From NCBI GenBank assembly GCA_041744215.1, contig JBGTLG010000025.1, forward strand, positions 75,381 through 139,380: a stretch of DNA of 64,000 nt, in the 5' to 3' direction. The position numbers were made by a program, and so were the translations under genes. Source of the DNA: Fimbriimonadales bacterium (GTDB lineage Bacteria; Armatimonadota; Fimbriimonadia; Fimbriimonadales; ATM1). The notes beneath the pieces are model-generated. The model worked only from the letters and a program-made list of their open reading frames with translations, had not been told where the DNA came from and made no database searches. Below, piece after piece: positions 38,541-48,586 of the stretch (position 1 is its first letter; the number at the start of each line of letters is the position of its first letter).

Positions 38541-41500
38541 ATGCACGTCCGCGATTGGGTGCGGAACCTTTCTCCTCCAGAACTGACCTCGGGCCGCCAA
38601 GAGTGGAATCTGCTCTGCGCCGAAGCGATGGCGCCGCTCGTTGCTGCGGCCTGGTTGCGCGCGCCACTGGCCAGACAAAGAATCGTGGTAGTGACTGCGG
38701 ACTACGAGCGCGCGCTTCAGTGGCAGGCACGACTTATCATGTTCGGCATTCCGGCTAGCGCGATCCGCCACCTACCGAGCGGTCAAAGTAGCCTATTCGA
38801 CGATGCGCCACCTGAACGCTATGCGCTTTCTGAACGCACTGGCGCGTTAAGCGCGTTGTTGTCCGAGGACGCCACAATTGTGTTGACTTCACCCCATGCA
38901 GCACTCGAAAAGGGGATGTCGTCCATGAGGTTTCGAAGCGCATCGATACAGCTCTCTTCAGGTGAAGACATCGATCCCGACGAGCTGCAGGAAAAGCTTG
39001 AGCGGATCGGATATGAGCGCGAGGAACCGGTTCGCCTCCCTGGAGGGTACAGCCGTCGCGGCGGCATTATTGATGTATTCGCTGCAGGAAGTGCGATGCC
39101 GACCCGCATTGAGTTGTTTGGCGACACTATCGAGAGCCTTCGCCACTTCGATGCAGAGAGTCAACGAAGTGTGCAGCCGTGCTCGTCACTAACGATTCCA
39201 CCTTTGCGAATGGTGGATGCAAGATCGGGGCCCGGCGTCGCAGAGAGTGTACGCGAGACTGCAGAAGCACAAGCGAAAGAACTGACGGAAGAGTCGTCGC
39301 TGCTCTTGTTAGAGACGATCGAAGCAGATGCGACGTCGCTGGCGAAGGGCGCGTTCTTCGATAGAGTTGATTTGTACCTGCCCTTCATTGAACCTCAAGG
39401 GGAGTGCGCACTGGACTTTGCGCGGGACTGCACCATCATCTTAGAAGAGCCCGTCGAGTTATCGGTGCGTGCGGAACGCGCCCGGGAAGACATCGAGCAG
39501 TTGCTGGCTCACCGGCACGAGCGAGGCAACTGTCTGCAATTGGGAGCCGACGGATTCTTGAGTCCGGTTTCCCGCTTGTTCTCATCATCGTCATCGATTG
39601 AGATGACGTCCCAAGACGGGTCCGGTGAACAGCTCGGCTATGCATCGCTAGCACCCTACCGCGGACGACCCGAGTCGCTTGCACGCGCGATTGACAATTG
39701 GCGCAGCTCGGGCGTGAAGATGTTTATCGCAACGGATCAGCCCTCGCGCGCGAAGTCTGTGCTACAAAACATCGACCTTGCCGTGACAGAACCCGGCGAT
39801 GGCGCGTCGCTTGAAGATGTGCAGGATGCCATTGCCGTGATGCTCCGAGGCAACCCTGCCGGTGGATTTGTTAGCGCGAGCCTGAAGTTTGCGTTTTTGA
39901 CGGACACGGAACTCTTCGGTGTCGGGCGGTTACGGCTTCCCCAAAAGCGGTTTACGGAAGGCGCACCGATAGCGAGCGTGCTTGATCTGAAGCCTGGCGA
40001 CTTTGTTGTGCACATCCAGTTTGGCATCGGACGGTATCGAGGGCTGGTCACGCGCGAGATAGAAGGTGTGCAAAAAGAGTTCCTACACATCCAGTATCAA
40101 TCGCCTGATCAGTTGTTCGTTCCGACCGATCAGCTTGACCGCGTTCAGAAGTATCTTAGCCCGAGCGATTCTGCCCCTCAATTGCACCGAATCACCGGAG
40201 GCGATTGGCAGCGGACACTTCGCAATGCAAAGAAGGGAGCAGAAGATCTTGCACGCGATCTGGTTCGCATTTATGCCAAGCGTGCTGCGGTGACACGCGC
40301 CCCTTTTGGCGAGGACACCCCTTGGCAGTCGGAGATGGAAGCGACCTTTCAGTGGGTGGAAACACCAACACAACTGAAGACCATCGAAGAGATCAAGCGG
40401 GACCTGAATAAGCATCGGCCGATGGACCGACTCATTTGCGGAGACGTTGGATTTGGAAAGACAGAGGTGGCGATCCGAGCAGCCTTCAAGGCGGTACAGG
40501 CAGGTATGCAAGTGGCTGTGCTGTGCCCCACTACTGTCCTGGCAGACCAGCACGATCAGACCTTTCGGGAGCGGCTCGCGGCGTACCCAGTTCGAATTCG
40601 TGTCTTGAGTCGTTTTAGAAACGCGAAGGAGCGAAAGGAGACGCTTGCTGGCATGAAGGCCGGCGAAGTCGATGTTGTGATTGGGACACACGCGCTTTTG
40701 CAGACTGGTGTCGAGTTCAAGAATCTTGGCCTGGTCATCGTCGACGAGGAGCAACGATTCGGGGTGAAGCACAAGGAACGCCTCAAGGATCTCCGCGCGC
40801 AAGCAGACTTTCTAACTCTAACGGCCACGCCGATTCCACGCACTCTGAGCATGGCACTGATGAACGTCCGTGAGCTGTCCGTCATAACGGATCCGCCGCC
40901 GGGTCGATTGCCGATCAGAACGTACGTTCGCAACTATGGCGAGCCGCTGGTGCGAGAGGCGATGTTGCGCGAACTCGCGCGAGGAGGTCAAGTCTACTAC
41001 GTTTTCAATCGAATAGAGGGAATTCACCATGTCGCGACGAGGCTACAAAAGCTCGTGCCTAATGCGAGAATAGCTGTTGCACATGGTCAGATGAAGGCCG
41101 AAGAGCTAGAGCCTATAATGATTTCATTCTTCCACGGCGAAATCGACATTCTTGTCTGCACCACGATCATCGAAAACGGAATCGACAATCCAAGCGCGAA
41201 CACGCTTATTGTGGAGGGTGCAGATCGGCTCGGCTTAGCGCAACTTTACCAACTTAGGGGTCGTGTCGGGCGAAGCGACCGGCAAGCGTATGCGTATCTA
41301 CTTTACCGAAGTGAGAAGAACATGACGGAGAATGCTGTGGAGAGGCTTCGTGCATTGCAGGAGTTTAGTGATCTCGGATCGGGCTATTCTCTCGCCTTTC
41401 GCGACCTTCAGATTCGCGGTGCAGGAGAGCTGCTTGGATCGAAGCAGCATGGTGTTATGGCGACAGTTGGATACGATATGTACTGTAATCTGATCAACCA

Positions 41501-42050
41501 AGCCGTGCAACAACTTCGCAATGCGATGGACTCGGGAGGTGAATCGGCAGCACGGATGACGAAGCTGGAGATCGAAGCTCAACCTGGGCCCGACTTCATC
41601 GAGCTACCCACGTTCGAGATTCCGGCTGAGGCTTACTTACCTAAAGAGTACATTTCAGATCAAAACCAACGATTATTTCTTTACAAGCGGTTGATGGAAG
41701 CTAGGGATGAAGAATCAATCTTAGCGGTTGAGGACGAGTTACGCGACCGTTTTGGCCAGTTGCCGTCGCCCGCGATTGCTGCGGTGCGAGCTGTCCGACT
41801 TAGACTGGATGCGCGTGAGCTTGGTGTTCGAAAGGTGGAAGGTCGCGAGGGCCGACTCATGGTCTGGCTTGCAAAAGGACAAGAACTGCCGCTGAGGATT
41901 GTTCACGCTTTTCAACGCGATTACAAAGGGCTGCGTTTTCGAAACGACCTAATGGAATGGCGGTACACAAGCGATGCACTCCATTCGGTAAGCGAGGCAT
42001 TTTCGCTGTTGCGACAGGCTAGGGAAAGCAAGACCCCGGCTCGTGTTTAA
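38541..42050 (+). CDS. mfd: Transcription-repair coupling factor
   Basis: RRGGIIDVF, CarD-like domain, GDVGFGKTEVA, DEEQRFGV, TATPIPRTL, QLRGRVGR. Confidence 0.98.
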   Translation: MHVRDWVRNLSPPELTSGRQEWNLLCAEAMAPLVAAAWLRAPLARQRIVVVTADYERALQWQARLIMFGIPASAIRHLPSGQSSLFDDAPPERYALSERTGALSALLSEDATIVLTSPHAALEKGMSSMRFRSASIQLSSGEDIDPDELQEKLERIGYEREEPVRLPGGYSRRGGIIDVFAAGSAMPTRIELFGDTIESLRHFDAESQRSVQPCSSLTIPPLRMVDARSGPGVAESVRETAEAQAKELTEESSLLLLETIEADATSLAKGAFFDRVDLYLPFIEPQGECALDFARDCTIILEEPVELSVRAERAREDIEQLLAHRHERGNCLQLGADGFLSPVSRLFSSSSSIEMTSQDGSGEQLGYASLAPYRGRPESLARAIDNWRSSGVKMFIATDQPSRAKSVLQNIDLAVTEPGDGASLEDVQDAIAVMLRGNPAGGFVSASLKFAFLTDTELFGVGRLRLPQKRFTEGAPIASVLDLKPGDFVVHIQFGIGRYRGLVTREIEGVQKEFLHIQYQSPDQLFVPTDQLDRVQKYLSPSDSAPQLHRITGGDWQRTLRNAKKGAEDLARDLVRIYAKRAAVTRAPFGEDTPWQSEMEATFQWVETPTQLKTIEEIKRDLNKHRPMDRLICGDVGFGKTEVAIRAAFKAVQAGMQVAVLCPTTVLADQHDQTFRERLAAYPVRIRVLSRFRNAKERKETLAGMKAGEVDVVIGTHALLQTGVEFKNLGLVIVDEEQRFGVKHKERLKDLRAQADFLTLTATPIPRTLSMALMNVRELSVITDPPPGRLPIRTYVRNYGEPLVREAMLRELARGGQVYYVFNRIEGIHHVATRLQKLVPNARIAVAHGQMKAEELEPIMISFFHGEIDILVCTTIIENGIDNPSANTLIVEGADRLGLAQLYQLRGRVGRSDRQAYAYLLYRSEKNMTENAVERLRALQEFSDLGSGYSLAFRDLQIRGAGELLGSKQHGVMATVGYDMYCNLINQAVQQLRNAMDSGGESAARMTKLEIEAQPGPDFIELPTFEIPAEAYLPKEYISDQNQRLFLYKRLMEARDEESILAVEDELRDRFGQLPSPAIAAVRAVRLRLDARELGVRKVEGREGRLMVWLAKGQELPLRIVHAFQRDYKGLRFRNDLMEWRYTSDALHSVSEAFSLLRQARESKTPARV

Positions 42051-42949
42051 TCTTCCGCGAGTAGACTCGTGATTGGCACATCGAGAGCGTCGGCAAGCTT
42101 CATAATCGCGCCAATGGAGACGTTTTGCTTACCATGCTCAAGCGCACTGATGTACGTTCGGTCGAGACCCGCTGCTTCTGATAACTGGGCCTGGCTCATT
42201 CCTCGGACTTTTCTTTGGCTCTGGACACGCTGACCCAAACGGCGCAAGTAACCTGCGAGGCTCCGATCCGGAGGCGAAACGCCAAGCATTTTTCTGGCCT
42301 CTCGAATTGCTTCAATAGGGTCTTGGGACACGATGTCCGCGTTGATGGCTTCCGCCGACACAGACTGAAACGCTTGTCCTCCAAGGAGTATTGCGGGGGG
42401 TTTCTGCAACTTTCGGAGCGCGCCGATCGTGGTTCGAACCGCCGCAATGTCGGATGACATCAGCGCAGACAGACAGACGACATCGGGTTTCGAGCGGTCA
42501 CAGAACGCTATCAAATCCTTGACGGGGGTGCTCGCGCCTAGGAACTCGACTTGCCAGCCATCAAACAAAAGAAAGTCTGCGAGCATGCGTGCACCCATGA
42601 AGTGATGGTCACCCTCAGGTGTAGTCACAACAGCCTTAAGCCCGATCGGCGCGCGCGGCTGTGTCAGTTGCCTTAGTCTGTCCATCTGCGCAAGCGTGAT
42701 TTGAGTCGCCAAGTGCTCCTGCGCTACGTTTAGCTCGCCAGTGTGCCACTTTCGGCCAACTGCCAGCTGGCCGTGATGCAGAATGTCCAGATAGATTCGC
42801 GCGGCGCTCATTCCTTGCGCAGCTGCCTGGTCAACCGCCGTCGCTGCGGCCCCTGCGTTGCCGTGCAATAGGGCCTGGGCGTAGGCCTCAGCGATCGCCG
42901 GTGTCGTCCGGGCTACTGCTGGCCGTCGAATCTTCGATTTGTCGAGCAT
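42047..42949 (-). CDS. Cobalamin-binding regulator with C-terminal XRE HTH
   Basis: W-x9-EH (KWHTGELNVAQEH), EGDHHFMG, LGASTP, LLGG; C-terminal SQAQLSEAAGLDRTYISALEHG; GTG 42958 is an alternative start. Confidence 0.9.
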   Translation of the reverse strand: MLDKSKIRRPAVARTTPAIAEAYAQALLHGNAGAAATAVDQAAAQGMSAARIYLDILHHGQLAVGRKWHTGELNVAQEHLATQITLAQMDRLRQLTQPRAPIGLKAVVTTPEGDHHFMGARMLADFLLFDGWQVEFLGASTPVKDLIAFCDRSKPDVVCLSALMSSDIAAVRTTIGALRKLQKPPAILLGGQAFQSVSAEAINADIVSQDPIEAIREARKMLGVSPPDRSLAGYLRRLGQRVQSQRKVRGMSQAQLSEAAGLDRTYISALEHGKQNVSIGAIMKLADALDVPITSLLAED

Positions 42950-43019
42950 TTTTGACACGAGGTGGCGTACCTGATAAGTTTGTCGAGCATTTTTGACACG
43001 AGGTGGCGTACCTGATAAG
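42938..43019. repeat. Exact 41-bp tandem duplication
   Basis: tttgtcgagcatttttgacacgaggtggcgtacctgataag at 42938-42978 and 42979-43019. Confidence 0.97.
42952..42980 (+). promoter_or_regulatory. Sigma70-like promoter TTGACA-17-TAAGTT (with TGn extension)
   Basis: ttgaca 42952-42957, 17-nt spacer, taagtt 42975-42980 spanning the repeat junction. Confidence 0.5.
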
Positions 43020-43071
43020 TATAGTCTACGTCCGGCCGGGCACTCGTGTGCGCAGTGCGGGTGAGAAATCG

Positions 43072-44427
43072 ATGGAACTGTTCGTCAAGAGTTCTGAAAT
43101 CAATGTCAGCGCGGACGATCTCTTTGCCTGGCACCTGCGGCCCGGGGCGTTCGAGCGCTTAACTCCGCCGTGGGACGCGACGACTGTGATGCGTAGATCG
43201 GGACCCGTTGCCGAAGGCAGTCGTGTCGAGCTACTCACAAGGGTGGGACCCATCCCGGTGCGGATCGAAGTTGTTCACGAAGGAATCGTCCCTGGTCGAG
43301 AGTTTTGCGATGTAATGGTACGCGGGCCATTCTCGCATTGGCACCACGCGCACAAGTTCCTGCCGCTTAGCGATGCGACTTCGGTACTCGAAGATCGGAT
43401 TTCGTACAGATTGCCTCTCGGAATACTGGGCAGCATCTTTGGCGGAAAGTTCACGCGGAGGAAACTTGACTCACTGTTTGACTATCGACATGCCGTTACA
43501 CAATGGAGCGTCGCGAAGGTGCGGGAAGAGAAACCGATGCGAGTGCTCGTGTCTGGCGCGTCAGGCCTCATTGGCTCGGCGCTTATCCCGCTGCTCACCA
43601 CGCGGGGTCATACTGTCACACGGCTCGTTAGAAACAATCCGGGAGATTCAGACGTGCTGTGGAATCCCAAGGAAGGGACCGTCGATCCACCCGATCTGTC
43701 CGACTTCGATGCGGTCATTCACTTAGCTGCGGAGCCGATTTCCCAGCGGTGGACGCCCGAACAGATGGATCGGATTCGCGAAAGTCGCACGCAGGGAACA
43801 AAGACAATTGCCAACGCGATCAAGGCTTCTCGACGGCCGCCAAGGGTGCTGATTTCTGCTTCAGCAATGGGCTACTACGGCAATCGCGGGAGCGAGTTAC
43901 TTACCGAAGAATCTGGTCGCGGCGAGGGCTTTCTCTCCGAAGTCGCAGAGGCATGGGAAGCCGCTACCGAGCCCGCTGCTATCGGTGGAACGCGTGTTGC
44001 AATTGCCCGGTTCAGTCTTGTGTTAACGCCTCAGGGCGGTGCATTCAAGAAGCTGTTGCCACTCTTTAAGTTGGGGCTGGGAGGGCGGATGGGCAGCGGC
44101 GATCAGTATTGGAGTTGGATTGCAATCGACGACGTTGTGCTCGCCCTGCATCACTTGCTGACACAGCCAGAGTTGTCGGGACCTTTTAACATCGCTTCGA
44201 CACAACCTGCTACCAACGCGGAGTTCACTCGCACGCTTGCAAGAGTTCTGGGTAGGCCCGCGATTTTTCCGATTCCGACCTTCGCTGCAAAACTCGTTGC
44301 AGGTTCTATGGTTGACGACTTGCTGTTTTCGAGCGCTCGTCTTGCCCCAGAGAAGCTGATTCGGAGTGGCTTTATGTTTCGCTTACCGGAGCTGGATGGA
44401 GCGTTTCGGCACTTGCTCGGTAAATGA
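43072..44427 (+). CDS. SRPBCC domain fused to TIGR01777 family NAD-dependent oxidoreductase
   Basis: WH.RPGAFERLTPPW, GPF..W.H.H; SGASGLIG, HLA, SASAMGYYG, G.QYWSWI. Confidence 0.92.
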   Translation: MELFVKSSEINVSADDLFAWHLRPGAFERLTPPWDATTVMRRSGPVAEGSRVELLTRVGPIPVRIEVVHEGIVPGREFCDVMVRGPFSHWHHAHKFLPLSDATSVLEDRISYRLPLGILGSIFGGKFTRRKLDSLFDYRHAVTQWSVAKVREEKPMRVLVSGASGLIGSALIPLLTTRGHTVTRLVRNNPGDSDVLWNPKEGTVDPPDLSDFDAVIHLAAEPISQRWTPEQMDRIRESRTQGTKTIANAIKASRRPPRVLISASAMGYYGNRGSELLTEESGRGEGFLSEVAEAWEAATEPAAIGGTRVAIARFSLVLTPQGGAFKKLLPLFKLGLGGRMGSGDQYWSWIAIDDVVLALHHLLTQPELSGPFNIASTQPATNAEFTRTLARVLGRPAIFPIPTFAAKLVAGSMVDDLLFSSARLAPEKLIRSGFMFRLPELDGAFRHLLGK

Positions 44428-44472
44428 GACATACCCCGTCCGGTATCATCGTGCCGGAGACGAACTCACCTG

Positions 44473-45912
44473 ATGACGACATTCTTGCTTTGCCTCCTTG
44501 CCGTTTCGCAGCCACTAAGTGTAACGCGAGCAGACCTTGCCGCCGCTTATCTTCGCTTTGAGCAGGCTCTTGAAACTCATCCGCCGGAGGCGACGGAAGT
44601 TCGATCGCTGAGCCAAGCATTCGACCAAGCGACGCTTGCTTTCTTTTCGGGGAGAAATGCTTCTGCGATCGGGGCCATAGACGCGCAATCGAAGAGGTTG
44701 CTGAAAGCGTCCGAGTCGACTGCATCGCTCTGGTGCTACAAAGTGCGTGTGAACCCGCCCATCGTGGTGGCAGATCAGAATTTTAAGGTCTCTCTCAACA
44801 TATCCCAACTCTACGGTGCGGTGGCAGATAAGCTTTTTGAGGTGGCACTCCGTAACGAAAAGGGCGAGAAGCAAGTGGGGATTGGGACGATCCGGATTGG
44901 GTTAGGGCCTTTTGCGTCGCTCAGTATCGACGGGATTTCGCTCCCTTTGGGCAGGTACGAGGTTTTCGTTACGAGCGAGGGCGCAAGTATCGTCGCTGGG
45001 CATATCTCGTCGGTTAAAGAGATGCCGTCAGCCGCGAAGTCTCGACACCTTGTGGCGATTGACGCGCTACCCGAAAAAGCAGATGCCACACTCGTCTCAA
45101 TGGTGAAGTCCAGGCTCGACCTGTTGGTCGATGAGCCAAGTGAGGCAAACTCCGCCGAGTTTCTCGCCAATCCCATAGATCTTGCTCGAACGATAGAACG
45201 TGAAGTTGTCGCAATCAGTCGAGGCGAGAACCCTTACCGGAGCCGAGGGCAAGACTTTTGGTTTCGGCTAGCGAGTGCGAATGCCTTTCCTGTGAGAGTG
45301 TACTGCCCATACAAAGATGTCCAGAATTGGCCTGTGATTATTGCGCTGCACGGAATGGGCGGCGATGAAAACATGTTTATGGATGGATACGGCGCGGGAT
45401 TGATCAGGCGCCTTGCCTCCGAGCGAGGATTTGTTTTGGCTAGCCCGAGGACGGAGTCGTTTTCAGGGAGCGATAAGAATGTCGAAACACTCTTGCGATT
45501 CCTCGATGATAGTTACGGGATCGATCGCTCGCGAGTTTATCTGCTAGGCCATTCGATGGGAGCCGGGGCCGCTATGTCGATCGCTTCGAGGTCGCCGGAG
45601 AGCTTCGCAGGAGTCGTCGCAATCGCGGGCGGGCGCGCAGTTTCGTCTGATGTGAAGGTTCCCCCGACGCTTCTGATAGGCGGTGAGGTGGATTTCCTCG
45701 CGACTCCGACGCAGATGTCACGCACCTTGGACGCGATGAAGTCGAACGGGCAGAACGTCGAACTCCGGATCCTACAAGGGTACGGGCATACGATGGTCGT
45801 TCAGGCTGTGCTGCCCGATGCCGTCGGCTGGCTGCTGTCTCGTCGGAAGGGATTGCCCGGTCTGGTGCAGAATTCCAACCAACATGGCCAAACGAAAGCG
45901 CAAGCCCGCTGA
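44473..45912 (+). CDS. Secreted alpha/beta hydrolase (esterase-like)
   Basis: Signal peptide; ALHGMGG, RVYLLGHSMG, D and GH near the C-terminus. Confidence 0.85.
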   Translation: MTTFLLCLLAVSQPLSVTRADLAAAYLRFEQALETHPPEATEVRSLSQAFDQATLAFFSGRNASAIGAIDAQSKRLLKASESTASLWCYKVRVNPPIVVADQNFKVSLNISQLYGAVADKLFEVALRNEKGEKQVGIGTIRIGLGPFASLSIDGISLPLGRYEVFVTSEGASIVAGHISSVKEMPSAAKSRHLVAIDALPEKADATLVSMVKSRLDLLVDEPSEANSAEFLANPIDLARTIEREVVAISRGENPYRSRGQDFWFRLASANAFPVRVYCPYKDVQNWPVIIALHGMGGDENMFMDGYGAGLIRRLASERGFVLASPRTESFSGSDKNVETLLRFLDDSYGIDRSRVYLLGHSMGAGAAMSIASRSPESFAGVVAIAGGRAVSSDVKVPPTLLIGGEVDFLATPTQMSRTLDAMKSNGQNVELRILQGYGHTMVVQAVLPDAVGWLLSRRKGLPGLVQNSNQHGQTKAQAR

Positions 45913-46999
45913 TCGTCGCTACAAGAGCCCTGGAACTCCTCCTGGCTCACTCATCGCAGAGCCCGGTGCACCGCATCCGGCTATTCGGGTGATGTCGTTT
46001 GGCCCTGACAGTTTTGCGGAGGCCAGTGTATCGAAGGTCGAGGAGATTCGGAGCTGGATTGGCCGTTCGCCCATGATCTGGATCGACGTCGACGGACTCG
46101 GTAGCGCTAACGTCATTGGAGAAATCGGTGAACTGTTCGGCATTCATCTTCTCGCACTGGAGGATGTCCTCACCCCCAGACAGCGCGCGAAGGTCGATGT
46201 GTTTCCTGGCCACCTCTTCATCGTAGCTCGAATGGTGACGAAAAATGATGAGATTCAGACCGAGCAGGTGAGCATCATCGTCGGAGCAGATCACGTACTG
46301 ACATTTCAAGAATATCCGGGCGATTCATTCGACCCTGTTCGTGAGCGACTTCGGAGGAAAGACGAGCGACTGTTGACAGCAGGGAGTGACTACTTAGCGT
46401 ACTCTCTGATGGACGCGGTCGTCGACGGCTACTATCCGGTTGTTGAAGAGCTTGGATATCTTCTCGACGATCTTGAGGATGCGATTGTTGATCACCCGGA
46501 CCAAGCACAGGTGGGCCCGCTACATCGAGTGAAGCGGGACCTGGTGACAATGAGAAGGTCGATCTGGCCGATGCGAGAAGCGGTTGGCAGTCTTGCACGC
46601 GATACAAACCCATACATTCAGCCTGAGACAAGACTGTACTTTCGCGACGTTTACGATCATGTCTTCCAGGTCACCGATATCGTCGAGACGAACCGGGAAC
46701 GGGCAACGGATCTGATGGACGTTTATCTCTCGAGCATCAGCAATCGGATCAATGACGTGATGCGCGTTTTAACTCTATGGGCAACGATTTTTATCCCTTT
46801 GACCTTCATAACGAGCCTCTATGGGATGAACTTTGATCCAGAGACTTCCCCGTGGAACATGCCTGAGCTGAAAGCTCGATTTGGTTACCCAATCACGCTC
46901 GGAGTTATGGCTCTTATAGCAGGTACGGTGCTGGTGTTCTTCTTCCGGAAAGGCTGGCTTGGTCCGCCTCGAAGCCGCCGACCCGACTCAACTAACTGA
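45884..46999 (+). CDS. corA: Magnesium/cobalt transporter CorA
   Basis: WIDVDG, HLLALED, QRAKVD, YFRDVYDH, YGMNF, MPEL. Confidence 0.95.
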   Translation: MAKRKRKPADRRYKSPGTPPGSLIAEPGAPHPAIRVMSFGPDSFAEASVSKVEEIRSWIGRSPMIWIDVDGLGSANVIGEIGELFGIHLLALEDVLTPRQRAKVDVFPGHLFIVARMVTKNDEIQTEQVSIIVGADHVLTFQEYPGDSFDPVRERLRRKDERLLTAGSDYLAYSLMDAVVDGYYPVVEELGYLLDDLEDAIVDHPDQAQVGPLHRVKRDLVTMRRSIWPMREAVGSLARDTNPYIQPETRLYFRDVYDHVFQVTDIVETNRERATDLMDVYLSSISNRINDVMRVLTLWATIFIPLTFITSLYGMNFDPETSPWNMPELKARFGYPITLGVMALIAGTVLVFFFRKGWLGPPRSRRPDSTN

Positions 47000-47738
47000 C
47001 GACAACTGTGTCCGCCTGAGATTTCTCTATCAGTTCCCGGATTCGCGGATCGTCTGAATGGAAAAAAGCGTCTGGCAGACCATCGAATATGATGGTGCCC
47101 TCCGACAAGTACAGCACCCTCGTGCAAGTTCGGCGAACTGAGTGAATGTCATGACTGACTACAACGCTTGCGGCCGCGGTCGATTGGCCCAACTCCACGA
47201 TAAGCGAATCGATCGAATACGCCGTGATTGGATCGAGGCCGCTCGTAGGCTCATCATAAAAGAGGATTTCAGGGTCTGTCGCAAGCGCTCGTGCGAGGCC
47301 GACGCGCTTTCGCATTCCTCCGGAGAGCTCGCTTGGCATGAGGTTCTCGATTCCTTCTAGACCAACTCTCTTTAGGCAATGTGATACAAGATCGTCTTGC
47401 TGCCTTTGCGATAGTTTACGATGCCGGCTGATTCCAAATGAAACGTTTGACCGAACGTTTAGATAGTCAAAGAGCGCTGCGCCTTGAAAGAGAATTCCGA
47501 TCTTAAGTCTCAACTCTTGGTTGTCGTGAGAGGAGCAGTCGTTGATATCGACACCAAGAACTTCGACTTTGCCGGTGTTTGGTGAGAGTAGTCCTGACAA
47601 GCAACGGAGGAGTGTCGTCTTTCCCCCACCTGATGCACCCATGATTGCGACAGTTTCACGCTTGGAAATCTCCAGGGAGATGCCATCGAGTACTGTATTG
47701 TCGCCGAACCGGACGGTAAGGCCGCTTGCGCGGATCAT
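46992..47738 (-). CDS. ABC ATP-binding protein, MlaF/Mkl-like
   Basis: GASGGGKT, FQGAALFD, LSGGMRKRVGLARA, YDEPTSGLDP, SHD. Confidence 0.9.
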   Translation of the reverse strand: MIRASGLTVRFGDNTVLDGISLEISKRETVAIMGASGGGKTTLLRCLSGLLSPNTGKVEVLGVDINDCSSHDNQELRLKIGILFQGAALFDYLNVRSNVSFGISRHRKLSQRQQDDLVSHCLKRVGLEGIENLMPSELSGGMRKRVGLARALATDPEILFYDEPTSGLDPITAYSIDSLIVELGQSTAAASVVVSHDIHSVRRTCTRVLYLSEGTIIFDGLPDAFFHSDDPRIRELIEKSQADTVVVS

Positions 47739-47767
47739 GACGGGCCAGTATACTCGTCTAAATCCAT

Positions 47768-48586
47768 ATGAACCCAGCATCTCTGCTCGCCGTACTTTGC
47801 TCTGTTTTTGGCAACTTTTCGCAAGATACTTTCTCTTTTCGGCTCCAGTTCGAGGCAAATGACGTCGTTCGGTTCAAAGAGACTGTCACGTCGAACGGAA
47901 CCATGACGTTCGGCACTCAATCCGAGACCGTCGTCATGTCTGGAAGCCGCATTATGGTGCTAAAGGTTTCGAGAGTGGACGAAGCCGGCTACGCAACGAT
48001 GTCCGTCGACTATGAAGACGTGAAGGCGTCGGCGCGCATCACGAAAGCTCCTTCTGGCACTTCCGCTGCCGACAAGACGAAGGCGGAAAAGGGATTGAGT
48101 GACCAACTCCAGTCCGAGTTGCAAAGCGGCGCACGCACACAGATGGTGAGTCCTCGCGGCGTAACCTCCTATCGGTTTCCTGCAGGAGTCAATCGTTTTA
48201 TCGAGATCATGAACGGATCTTTTTTGATGCTGGTTCTGCCCGAAGCTCCGCCGAAGATGAACGAGAACTGGTTCGTCGACGTGGCGCAGGCGGACCCAAA
48301 CACAGGCGCCCCGATTAAAGTGAACTACAAGCTCGTCGGAGCAAGCATGATCAACGATGTAAAGGCTTACAAGATCGCACTGTACGCACAAAAGACTGAG
48401 CAGCAACAGCAGGGCGACGCTCGTGCTACGTCATCGCTCGTCATAACGGGTTACATCAATATTACTCTTGAGACGGGCAAGGTCCTCGGCGGAGAGATAA
48501 CGACCGACGTCACTCAAGCGATGACGCGCGGCAATCAGACGCAGAGGCAGAAGCGCGTAACGGTTCAGAAGTTCGACAGAGTCTAA
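47768..48586 (+). CDS. Exported hypothetical protein
   Basis: Hydrophobic N-terminus; beta-rich 272 aa. Confidence 0.7.
   Translation: MNPASLLAVLCSVFGNFSQDTFSFRLQFEANDVVRFKETVTSNGTMTFGTQSETVVMSGSRIMVLKVSRVDEAGYATMSVDYEDVKASARITKAPSGTSAADKTKAEKGLSDQLQSELQSGARTQMVSPRGVTSYRFPAGVNRFIEIMNGSFLMLVLPEAPPKMNENWFVDVAQADPNTGAPIKVNYKLVGASMINDVKAYKIALYAQKTEQQQQGDARATSSLVITGYINITLETGKVLGGEITTDVTQAMTRGNQTQRQKRVTVQKFDRV

Noticed and set aside
38472-38771. N-terminal extension of fadD
   Set aside because: Overlaps the divergent mfd gene; ATG 38471 fits the family length
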